Below are positions 19,034-27,328 of a stretch of DNA of 64,000 nucleotides, one piece after another. This DNA is from Polyangiaceae bacterium. GTDB taxonomy: Bacteria; Myxococcota_A; Polyangia; Polyangiales; Polyangiaceae. A program made the position numbers and the translations under genes. How positions within the stretch are numbered: the stretch's first letter is position 1; each line of letters starts with the position of its first letter. The stretch spans positions 128,001 to 192,000 of the forward strand of contig JAPSGB010000004.1 of NCBI GenBank assembly GCA_035063585.1, written 5' to 3'. The notes below the pieces were generated by a model, which did no database searches, had not been told where the DNA came from, and saw only the letters and a program-made list of their open reading frames with translations.

Positions 19034-19483
19034 ATGGATCGCCGCGCATTTCTTTGGTTCGCGCTGGCCGCCGGATGCAGCCGCGCCCCCTCCGAGGATC
19101 GAGAACACGTCCCGTGGTCGTCGAGCCAGGTCGTCACGAGCGCGGCGCTCGCAAGAGAGCTCGGGGAGGCGCCGCCTCCGAAGGTCGTGCACGTCGGGCC
19201 ACCGCAGCTCTTTCGGAGCGAGCGCGTGCCCGGCGCGGTGCACACCGGAGAGGGGGGCGACGCGGAGGGCCTCGCGGCGCTCGAGCGATGGCTCACGCCG
19301 CTCGAACGCGATGCGCGGGTGGTCCTCTACTGCGGGTGCTGCCCGTACCGGAACTGCCCGAACATCCGCCCCGCGTTCCACAAGGCAGTGGCGCTCGGCT
19401 TTACGCGGGTGCGCGTGCTGGATCTGCCGACTCGGTTCAAAGAGGACTGGACCGCGCACGGCCTGCCGGTCGAGCGCGGTTGA
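19034..19483 (+). CDS. Rhodanese-like domain lipoprotein with YCGCCP motif
   Basis: DRRAFL twin-Arg-like motif plus lipobox AAGC. RVPGA, VVLYCGCCPYRNCPN and W...GLPVE rhodanese features. Confidence 0.85.
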   Translation: MDRRAFLWFALAAGCSRAPSEDREHVPWSSSQVVTSAALARELGEAPPPKVVHVGPPQLFRSERVPGAVHTGEGGDAEGLAALERWLTPLERDARVVLYCGCCPYRNCPNIRPAFHKAVALGFTRVRVLDLPTRFKEDWTAHGLPVERG

Positions 19484-19645
19484 CGCGGCCCCGCTCCGGA
19501 ACGAATGACCGGATGATGAGCTCACGCCGATGAGCCGGCGCCTGCCCGCCACCGAGACGCTCGCCGAGGGCGCCCCACCGGACCGTCCGCAGGCCCGGGC
19601 CGAGGCGACCACGCCGTGCGGAGCGCTCGAGCAGCGAGGCTCCAC

Positions 19646-20932
19646 GTGAGCCAGCGGTGGCGCAGCGCGCTCGCGCTCGTCGCGCTGTCGCTCGGCGCGA
19701 CGGCCCGCGCCGCGGCGGCAGGGCCCGACGGCACGCCTCCCACGGAGAGCGACGACGTGTTCGCGGAGGTAGAGGCGGGGCTCTCGCCGAACGCGGCCGC
19801 GGGTGAGTCGGAGCGCACCGCGGCGGCGCAGGCGAAGCCGCGCGCGCGCACGTCCCCGACCATCCCGGCGCGCGCCGCGAGCGCGAGCGGCGTGATGAAC
19901 CCGGAGCTGTCGGTCATCGCCAATTTCGCCGCGGCGGCCTTCTCCGACGAGCATCATCTCGAGAGTGGAGCGCACGATCCCGAGCGGACGGGCTTCAACC
20001 TCCAGGCGCTCGAGCTCAGCGTGCGGAGCGTCGTCGATCCGTACCTGCGGTTCGACGCCCACCTGGCCTTCGGGGAAGAGGGCGTCGAGCTCGAGGAGGC
20101 GTTCGCCACGACGCTCGGGCTCCCCGGCGGCCTGCAGGCGCGGATGGGTCAGTTCCTGAGCCGCTTCGGTCGCATCAACGCGACCCATCCGCACGCGTGG
20201 AACTTCGTGGATCAGCCCTTCGCGCTCGGCCGCATCTTCGGTGGCGACGGCAACCGCGGGCTCGGCGCCGAGGTGAGCTGGCTCGCTCCCCTGCCCTGGT
20301 ACGTCGAGGCGGTCGCCTCGCTGATGAATCCCGGGAGCCCGAACACGGCGCGCAGCTTTGCCTCGGAGGACGAGCGCGCGGTGCGCGAGCTCGGAGCCCT
20401 CCTCTACGTCGGCGCGCTCAAGCAGTCGTTCGAGCTCGCGGATGACTGGACGCTCCTCTTCGGCACCTCCGGCGCGTTCGGGCCCGGCGCGGCGAGCGGT
20501 GAGCGCGCGGAGGTCTACGGCACCGATCTCTTCATGAAGTATCGCCCGATCACTCGCGCGAGCACCACCGAGCTCACCTGGCAGACCGAGCTCTTCTACC
20601 GCCGCCGTCACCTCGCCCTGCAGACGCTCACGGACGTGAACGGCTACACCGAGGTCTTCCTGCGGTTCGCACGCCGCTGGGGGACGGCCGCGCGCTACGA
20701 GCTCGGCACGCCGGCGTACCCGACCGGGCCGCGCGTCACGGACCCGCTCGACCCCGCCTGGCAGGCGACGCGCTTTCGGGTCAGCGCGAACGTGACCCAC
20801 TGGCCGAGCGAATTTTCGCGTTTTCGGCTGCAAGGCTCCGCGGACATGCCAGGCTGGAGGCCTCGGCCCGTCTACGCGGTGTTCCTCGCCGCCGAGTTCG
20901 TGGTCGGTGCCCATGGGGCGCACACGTTCTAG
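19646..20932 (+). CDS. Outer-membrane protein of the 'zinc-regulated TonB-dependent receptor' family
   Basis: Signal peptide, NPELSVI, GFNLQALELS...VDPY, HPHAWNFVDQP and C-terminal GAHGAHTF. First gene of a metal ABC operon. Confidence 0.82.
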   Translation: MSQRWRSALALVALSLGATARAAAAGPDGTPPTESDDVFAEVEAGLSPNAAAGESERTAAAQAKPRARTSPTIPARAASASGVMNPELSVIANFAAAAFSDEHHLESGAHDPERTGFNLQALELSVRSVVDPYLRFDAHLAFGEEGVELEEAFATTLGLPGGLQARMGQFLSRFGRINATHPHAWNFVDQPFALGRIFGGDGNRGLGAEVSWLAPLPWYVEAVASLMNPGSPNTARSFASEDERAVRELGALLYVGALKQSFELADDWTLLFGTSGAFGPGAASGERAEVYGTDLFMKYRPITRASTTELTWQTELFYRRRHLALQTLTDVNGYTEVFLRFARRWGTAARYELGTPAYPTGPRVTDPLDPAWQATRFRVSANVTHWPSEFSRFRLQGSADMPGWRPRPVYAVFLAAEFVVGAHGAHTF

Positions 20933-20944
20933 AAGGGAGCGAGC

Positions 20945-21847
20945 ATGCATCGAGCGTTATCATTGGTGATCGTGGCGCTCTCGCTCCTCTTCGGCCGGAG
21001 CGCAGAGGCCAAGCTCGCCGTCGTCACGAGCACCGCGACGCTGGCCTCGCTCGTCCGAGAGGTGGGCGGCGACCGGGTGAAGGTGACGAGCCTGGCGCTC
21101 CCCACGCAGGACCCCCACTTCGTCGACGCCAAGCCGCGCCTCGCGCTCGAGCTCAAGAAGGCCGATCTGCTCGTCGTGGTCGGGCTGGATCTCGAGATCG
21201 GCTGGCTCCCGGTGCTCCAGACCGGGAGCCGGAACGGCAAGGTGCAGGTCGGCGCAGAAGGCTACCTCGACTGCTCGAGGTTCGTGCGCGTGCTCGACGT
21301 CCCCGAAGGCAAGGTCGATCGCGCCGCGGGAGACGTCCACCCGCAGGGGAACCCCCACTACCTCTATGATCCGCGGCAGGCCGCGCGGGTGACCAAGGCC
21401 ATCGCGGACAAGCTCGCCGAGCTCGACCCGAGTCACACCGACGACTATCGCAAGAACGCGCTCGAGTTCGTGAAGAAGCTCGGAAAGTCTACCAAGCTCT
21501 GGGAGGCCCAGCTCGCCCACGCGCGCGGCGCGAAGGTGGTCGCCTATCACAAGTCCTTCTCGTACCTGACCGACTGGCTCGGCCTCGACGTGATCGCGCA
21601 CATCGAGCCGCGACCCGGCGTCCCGCCAACCCCCCACCACGTCGCGCAAGTGATCGAGCTCGCGAAGCGGCGCCAGGTGAAGCTCGTGCTCGAGGAGAGC
21701 TACTATTTCAGCGCCACCGGTGAGCTCGTAGCAAGAAAGATCGGCGCGACCCTGGCGCGGGTCCCGGCGGCCCCGAGCGCGACGCAGGGCTACATCGCGC
21801 ACCTCGACGCCATCGTGAAGAAGCTCGCGCGAGTATACGAGAAGTGA
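20945..21847 (+). CDS. Metal (Zn/Mn) ABC transporter substrate-binding protein, cluster A-I
   Basis: QDPHF, DVHPQGNPHY and AYHKSFSY metal-ligand motifs. Confidence 0.92.
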   Translation: MHRALSLVIVALSLLFGRSAEAKLAVVTSTATLASLVREVGGDRVKVTSLALPTQDPHFVDAKPRLALELKKADLLVVVGLDLEIGWLPVLQTGSRNGKVQVGAEGYLDCSRFVRVLDVPEGKVDRAAGDVHPQGNPHYLYDPRQAARVTKAIADKLAELDPSHTDDYRKNALEFVKKLGKSTKLWEAQLAHARGAKVVAYHKSFSYLTDWLGLDVIAHIEPRPGVPPTPHHVAQVIELAKRRQVKLVLEESYYFSATGELVARKIGATLARVPAAPSATQGYIAHLDAIVKKLARVYEK

Positions 21848-22587
21848 GCGAGCTCCTGCTCCGCTGCGAGGCGCTGCGCGTCGGCTACCTCGGACGCGCG
21901 ATCCTGCCCGCCATCGAGCTCGAGATCCGCGCCGGAGAGTTCTGGGCGGTGGTCGGGCGCAACGGCTCGGGCAAGACCACCTGGCTGAGGACGCTCCTCG
22001 GCCTGCTCCCGCCGGTGGGGGGTCGCGTCACGCGCGCGCGCGCCGACCTCTCTTTCTCCTATGTGCCGCAGCAAAAGACGATCGACGAGCTCTATCCGCT
22101 CCTCGCGCGCGACGTGGTCGGGCTCGGGCTCGAGCGGGGGTGGTCGTTCCTCGCGCCGCGGTTCGGCCGTGAGCCCCCGGAAATCCTGGAGGCGCTCGAA
22201 GAGTTCGGCGCGGGTGAGCTCGCCGGCCAGCCGTTTCGTAGCCTCTCCGAGGGTCAGAAGCAGCGCGTGCTGTTCGCGCGCCTCGCCGTGTCGCGGGCGG
22301 AGCTCGCGGTGCTCGACGAACCGACCAGCGCGATGGATCCGGTCGCGATTGACGAGGCCTTCGAGCTCCTGGCGCGACATCGCGAGCGGCACGCGCTCGC
22401 CGTCGTGATGGTGAGCCACACCGTCGACCGTCTGCGCCACTACGCGGACCACGCGCTCCTCGTCGACCGCGAGCGCGAGGCCGTGCTCGTCGGGAGCCCG
22501 GAGGCGGTCTTCGCAGATGAGCGCTTCACGGCGCGCTTCGGCGAGTCGGCGGGGGGCGTCTCGGCGCTGCGAGAGCAGCGTGCCTGA
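21844..22587 (+). CDS. Metal ABC transporter ATP-binding protein (ZnuC-like)
   Basis: GRNGSGKT Walker A, YVPQ, LSEGQKQR, LDEP and VSH. GTGA overlap with the upstream gene. Confidence 0.92.
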   Translation: MSELLLRCEALRVGYLGRAILPAIELEIRAGEFWAVVGRNGSGKTTWLRTLLGLLPPVGGRVTRARADLSFSYVPQQKTIDELYPLLARDVVGLGLERGWSFLAPRFGREPPEILEALEEFGAGELAGQPFRSLSEGQKQRVLFARLAVSRAELAVLDEPTSAMDPVAIDEAFELLARHRERHALAVVMVSHTVDRLRHYADHALLVDREREAVLVGSPEAVFADERFTARFGESAGGVSALREQRA

Positions 22588-23662
22588 GCCGGTCCCCTCG
22601 GCGGGCGGCTCGAGCGCGCTCACCCACGACGAGCTGCTCGAGGCGTTCGGCGGCGAGCTCGGCGCGGGCCCGGAGACCGCCTCGAGCGCTGCTACGAAGA
22701 GGGCCCCCGCGCGCGGAGAAGTCCCCGAGCCGAGCGCGGACGCGCGTGACGAGAGCGCAGCGGGGACTTCGAGCGCAGCTCACGAGGCTCACCCGAGCCT
22801 GAGCGAGTTTCGCGAAGGATGGCAAGCCGGGCTCTACCGAGATCCCGTCTTGTGCGGCTCCTTCGCCGGGCTCGTGCTCGGCGTGCTCGGCGTGTTCGTG
22901 GTGCTGCGCCGCGCGGTGTTCGTGACCGCCGCGGTGAGCCAGGCGGCCGGTCTGGGCGTTGCGCTCGCCATCTGGTTCGGGATCGCCCTCGGCGTGTCGG
23001 TGCCGGCGGTCGCGGGCGCGCTCGTCCTCGCGCTCGGCGCGACCGCGCTGCTCGGCCGGCGAGAGCGCCCGACGCGCCTTCCGCGCGAGACGCTGGTCGC
23101 CGCGATCTATCTCGCGAGCGGAGCCGGCGCGATCATCGTAGGCGAGCGTATCGCAGAGGAGTCCCACGACATCGCGAACATCCTGTTCGGGACGGCCGTG
23201 CTCGTGCGCGCCGAGGATCTCTGGCTCGTCATCGGCGTCGGTTCGCTCGTGCTCTTCGCGATCGTCGCGGCGCGACGCGGCCTCTTGTTCGCGGGGTTCG
23301 ATCCGGAGGGGGCTCGCGTCCACCGGCTCCCCGTTCGTCTGCTCGATCTGCTGCTCTGGGTCCTGGTCGCGCTCGAGGTGTCGGTCACCACCCGAGCGAT
23401 GGGCGCGCTGCCCGTCTTCGCCTTCACGGTGCTCCCGGCCATCAGTGCGCTCAGCATCACGCGGCGCATGACCTCTGCGCTGTTGGTGGCCAGCGCTCTC
23501 GGTGGGCTCGCCGGCGGGCTAGGCTACGTGGTCGCCTTCTTCCTCGACCTGCCGGTCGGCGCCTCGCAGGCGCTGCTCGCGACGCTGCTCTTTCTCGGCT
23601 GTTCGGCCGCGGCGCGGGCCGGGCTTGCCAACCCGCTCATAACCGAGGAACGCTCCCGATGA
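22580..23662 (+). CDS. Metal ABC transporter permease (ZnuB/ABC-3 family)
   Basis: LGVFVVLRR, ILFG and FDPEGARV motifs with multiple TMs. Low-complexity N-terminal extension, so the start is uncertain. Confidence 0.88.
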   Translation: MPEPVPSAGGSSALTHDELLEAFGGELGAGPETASSAATKRAPARGEVPEPSADARDESAAGTSSAAHEAHPSLSEFREGWQAGLYRDPVLCGSFAGLVLGVLGVFVVLRRAVFVTAAVSQAAGLGVALAIWFGIALGVSVPAVAGALVLALGATALLGRRERPTRLPRETLVAAIYLASGAGAIIVGERIAEESHDIANILFGTAVLVRAEDLWLVIGVGSLVLFAIVAARRGLLFAGFDPEGARVHRLPVRLLDLLLWVLVALEVSVTTRAMGALPVFAFTVLPAISALSITRRMTSALLVASALGGLAGGLGYVVAFFLDLPVGASQALLATLLFLGCSAAARAGLANPLITEERSR

Positions 23663-26031
23663 TGCTCGGACGTCGTGTACTGCCGCTGCTCGCGGTGCTC
23701 GCCGCGCTCGGCCCGGCGCAGCCGGCGGTCGCCGACGAGGGGCAGTGGACCCCCGAGCAGCTTCCGAGCCTCGACCTCGCGCACCTCGGCAACCTCGGCC
23801 TCCGCCTGAAGCCGGCCGAGCTCTGGAAGGACCGCGGGGGCCTGATGCGCGCCGCCGTGCAGCTCTCGGGGTGCTCGGGCGCGTTCGTGTCCGCCAGGGG
23901 GCTCGTCATCACCAACCACCACTGCGCTTATCGCGCGGTGCAGTCGGTGAGCACCGTCGAGAGCGATTTTCTCGGCCACGGTTTCCTGGCAAAGGGGGCG
24001 AGCTCCGAGCTGCCGGCGAAGGGCTACACGGTCGGGGTCATCGATCAGGTGAAGGACGTCACCGCCACCATCCGAGAGGTGAGCAACGCGGCGCCGGACG
24101 ACCGCGCGCGCGCGCGCGCGGTGGAGCACAAGCAACGTGAGCTCGTCGCTGAATGCGAAAAGCAGGCTGGTCATCGCTGTCGCGTCGAGAGCTTCTCGCT
24201 CGGCAGCCGCTATGAGCTCATCGACACCCTCGAGCTCCGTGACGTGCGCCTCGTATACGCCCCGCCCGCCTCGGTCGGCGAGTTCGGCGGCGAGATCGAC
24301 AACTGGATGTGGCCGAGGCACACGGGTGATTTCGCGTTCCTCCGCGCCTACGTCGGCGAGAACGGCGAGCCGGCGGACTACTCCGAGAAGAACGTGCCGT
24401 ACGAGCCGAAGGTATCGCTCAAGCTCGGCGTGGAGGGGGTTGGCAACGGCGACCTCGTCGCGGTGATCGGGTATCCGGGCCGCACCGAGCGCTATCTGAC
24501 TCTGGCCGAGCTCACCCAAGCCGTCGAGCAGGAGCTCCCCGCCGCCGCCGAGCTCGCCGGCGACTGGCTCGGCATCCTCGACGCAGAAGCCAGGCGCGGC
24601 GCAGCCGTGTCGCTCAAGATCGCGGCGCAGCGCAAGCAGCTCGCCAACCGCGAGAAGAACGCGCGCGGGATGATCGCCGGGCTCGCGCGGATGAAGCTCG
24701 TCGAGCGGCGAGCGCGCGAAGAGGCTCGGCTCCGCGCCTGGGCCGCCGGAAAGCCCGATCGCAAGGCAGGCATCGAAGCCCTCGACGCCATGGACCAGCT
24801 GGTAGAGGCGCGACGCGCTCGCTTCGCCCGCGAGCACCTGCTCACGAGCTTGGCGCGCGGGCCGAACCTGCTCGCGGTCGCGGTCGACGTCGCGCGGCGT
24901 GCCGGCGAGCACGGCAAGCCAGATCTCGAGCGGCGGTCCGGCACGATGGACCGCGACGCGGAGCGGCTATGGAAGCTCGAGGAGCGCCGCCTCGCCGACT
25001 ACGACGTCCAGGTCGACGCGCGCCTGCTGGCCTCGCTCGGCGCGCGCGCCGCGAGGCTGCCCGAAGGTCAGAAGCTCGACGCGCTCGCCAAGCTCGGCTC
25101 GATCGCCGCCATCCAAGGCAAGCTCCGCGCCTCGCGGCTCTCGAACGTCGAGGCGACCAAGGCGCTGTACTTCGCCGCGGACGCGGCGCTCATCGACAAG
25201 AGCACGGACCCGATGCTCGTGCTCGGGCGCACTCTGGCCGCGGAGCTCGAGCGGCTAGACACCGAGCGCGACGCCGAGCAGGGCGAGCTCGAGCGAGTGG
25301 GGCCGGCGTACTACGCGCTACTCGAGGCCGAGCGCGGCGGCACGCTCTACCCCGACGCGAACGGCACGCTCCGCATCAGTTTTGCGACCGTGCGCGGCTA
25401 CTCGCCCGAGGATGGGCTACTCGCGGTGTCACGCACGACGCTCCGTGGCGCGGTCGAGAAGTCGACGGGGGAGGAGCCGTTCAACCTGCCGCGCGCGGTC
25501 ATCGAGCGCGCCGCCGAGGCGAAGAGTAGCTACTGGGCGGATCCCGACCTCGACGACGTGCCGGTGTGCTTTCTCTCGAACGCCGACACCACCGGCGGCA
25601 ACTCGGGCAGCCCGGTCATCAACGGGCGCGGCGAGCTCGTCGGGCTCAACTTCGATCGCGTGTGGGAGAACATCGCGGGCGATTACGGCTACAGCGTGCC
25701 CCGCTCGCGCAACATCTCGGTCGACGTTCGCTACCTGCTCTGGATGCTCGATCGCGTCGCAGACGCCTCGGAGCTCCTGCAAGAGCTCGGCGCATCGAGC
25801 TACCGCTCCGCGCCGTCACGACGCGAGCGAACCCAGTCGGCGCGACGTCACCTCGCGGCGGGGCCGACGCTCTCAGCCGCGCCCGCCCCTCCGCCGGCGC
25901 CGAGCGCGGCGGCGGCGCCCGAAGCGCGGAGCTGCGCGTGCCGCGCGCCGGGAGGCCACACCTCGGGCCTGCTCCCCCCGCTCATCACCGCGCTCGGGCT
26001 GCTCGGGCTCGGCGCGCGGCGGCGGCGCTGA
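23659..26031 (+). CDS. S46 family dipeptidyl peptidase (DPP11-like) with C-terminal MYXO-CTERM-type sorting signal
   Basis: ADEGQW N-terminus, TNHHC, NWMWPRHTGD, DTTGGNSGSP and LNFDR. C-terminal SCACRAPG...LLGLGARRRR. ATGA overlap with the permease. Confidence 0.93.
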   Translation: MMLGRRVLPLLAVLAALGPAQPAVADEGQWTPEQLPSLDLAHLGNLGLRLKPAELWKDRGGLMRAAVQLSGCSGAFVSARGLVITNHHCAYRAVQSVSTVESDFLGHGFLAKGASSELPAKGYTVGVIDQVKDVTATIREVSNAAPDDRARARAVEHKQRELVAECEKQAGHRCRVESFSLGSRYELIDTLELRDVRLVYAPPASVGEFGGEIDNWMWPRHTGDFAFLRAYVGENGEPADYSEKNVPYEPKVSLKLGVEGVGNGDLVAVIGYPGRTERYLTLAELTQAVEQELPAAAELAGDWLGILDAEARRGAAVSLKIAAQRKQLANREKNARGMIAGLARMKLVERRAREEARLRAWAAGKPDRKAGIEALDAMDQLVEARRARFAREHLLTSLARGPNLLAVAVDVARRAGEHGKPDLERRSGTMDRDAERLWKLEERRLADYDVQVDARLLASLGARAARLPEGQKLDALAKLGSIAAIQGKLRASRLSNVEATKALYFAADAALIDKSTDPMLVLGRTLAAELERLDTERDAEQGELERVGPAYYALLEAERGGTLYPDANGTLRISFATVRGYSPEDGLLAVSRTTLRGAVEKSTGEEPFNLPRAVIERAAEAKSSYWADPDLDDVPVCFLSNADTTGGNSGSPVINGRGELVGLNFDRVWENIAGDYGYSVPRSRNISVDVRYLLWMLDRVADASELLQELGASSYRSAPSRRERTQSARRHLAAGPTLSAAPAPPPAPSAAAAPEARSCACRAPGGHTSGLLPPLITALGLLGLGARRRR

Positions 26032-26050
26032 ACCGCCAGCGCGCGCGAGC

Positions 26051-27184
26051 TCACGGGGTGGGTGCGCTCACCGGCGCGCCCCGGTGCTCTGGCGCCGAGG
26101 GATCGTCACGATAGTTCTCTTCCCAGGTGCCCCACCCTGCCCCGCCTTGGACATACGCCGGGCCGTAGCCCGTGCCGCTGAAGCGGTTGTCGAGCGCCGC
26201 GAGCTCACCGTACGCGTTGCCGTTCATCTCGTTCAACCCGAGCTGGTAGCCGCCGCCCTGCAGGAGGTTTCCACTCATCGTGAGGTTATGGATGGGGCCG
26301 CCATAGGTCTGGATGAAGAACGCTCCGGTCGCGTTCGGCGAGTCACAGTCGAAGCGGTTATTTCGAACGACGAGCCGTCGTGAAGGCCGCGCGCTCGTGT
26401 CGAAGTCGCGGACGGTGAAGGCGTCACTGTGGTTCCCGTCGGTCGCCGGATCGCCGTAGCCGAGCAGGCGGCCCACGTAATTTCCTTCCACCGTCGCGTC
26501 GAGCTCGGTGCCGGCGTTGAAGATCGCGATCCCGCTGCCGAAGTCGTGGAGGTAATTGTTCCTGAGATCCGCGACTCCCAGGAAGGCGGTGGCCATCGCG
26601 GCGTCGCGCAGGCTGAGCTTGGAGCCGTCGAAGTCCGAGTTCGAGATGGTCACGGTGCTCGGCGCGACGCCGCAGCACTGGTCATAATCGGTGGTCGTCA
26701 CCACGGGCATCCCCTGGCCCACCGAGGTCGGCTGGATGCACACGCGATCGAGGGTGATGCCGCCGTTCGAGAGATCGAGCCCGGTCGTGATCCTCACCCG
26801 CTCGATGACCGCGCCCGCCTTCGGCTTCTCCGCGCCCGTGTACCGAGAGAGGCTCGCGCAATCGAGGCCCACGCCCGCGAGGCCCGTGTTCGTCTCGTCG
26901 AGCTCCCAGCCACGGCGCGCGCCGGCGCCACCATCGCCGCCCTCGGAGGCCGCATCGTTGGCACCGTCGGCGCTCGCATCGTCGCCACCGTCGGCGCTCG
27001 CATCGTCGCCGCCCTCCGCGCGCGCGGCGTCGAGCTCGCTCGCGTCGTTGCTCGCGTCTTGCGCGGCGCCGGGCGAAGCCGCGTCGTCACCGCACGCCGA
27101 GAGCGCGAGCGCCGCGAGCACCGTGGCCGCCACCATTCCGAGTCTCGCCAATTTCTCCTCCGAGACGCCGAGCGTACACGCCAT
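26051..27184 (-). CDS. Hypothetical lipoprotein with right-handed beta-helix-like domain
   Basis: Lipobox LSAC, Asp/Gly repeat linker, and Asn-ladder repeats (TISNSDFDG, LRNNYLHD, VEGNYV, VRNNRF, MSGNLLQGGGY) with HSDAF. Start uncertain. Confidence 0.72.
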   Translation of the reverse strand: MACTLGVSEEKLARLGMVAATVLAALALSACGDDAASPGAAQDASNDASELDAARAEGGDDASADGGDDASADGANDAASEGGDGGAGARRGWELDETNTGLAGVGLDCASLSRYTGAEKPKAGAVIERVRITTGLDLSNGGITLDRVCIQPTSVGQGMPVVTTTDYDQCCGVAPSTVTISNSDFDGSKLSLRDAAMATAFLGVADLRNNYLHDFGSGIAIFNAGTELDATVEGNYVGRLLGYGDPATDGNHSDAFTVRDFDTSARPSRRLVVRNNRFDCDSPNATGAFFIQTYGGPIHNLTMSGNLLQGGGYQLGLNEMNGNAYGELAALDNRFSGTGYGPAYVQGGAGWGTWEENYRDDPSAPEHRGAPVSAPTP

Positions 27185-27328
27185 TTACGAGGTGCCCTCA
27201 GGCTCGGGCGCGAGCGCTCGCCCGCGCGCTCTGACTGCGCGACCGTACAGGGTAGGTCCGTCCACTGTTTTCTTGTTCACTTATCCGATCGAGGATGATA
27301 CGGCTCTTGCCGAAGATTCACGCGAGCC

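Noticed and set aside
22819..23658. Long N-terminal extension of the S46 peptidase (1070-aa ORF)
   Set aside because: Alternative frame of the permease. The signal peptide and ADEG motif start from ATG 23659.
27259..27280. AT-rich GTCCAC..GTTCAC element upstream of the RecQ-like gene as a LexA box
   Set aside because: Only the GTTCA half resembles the Myxococcus LexA site, with too many mismatches elsewhere.
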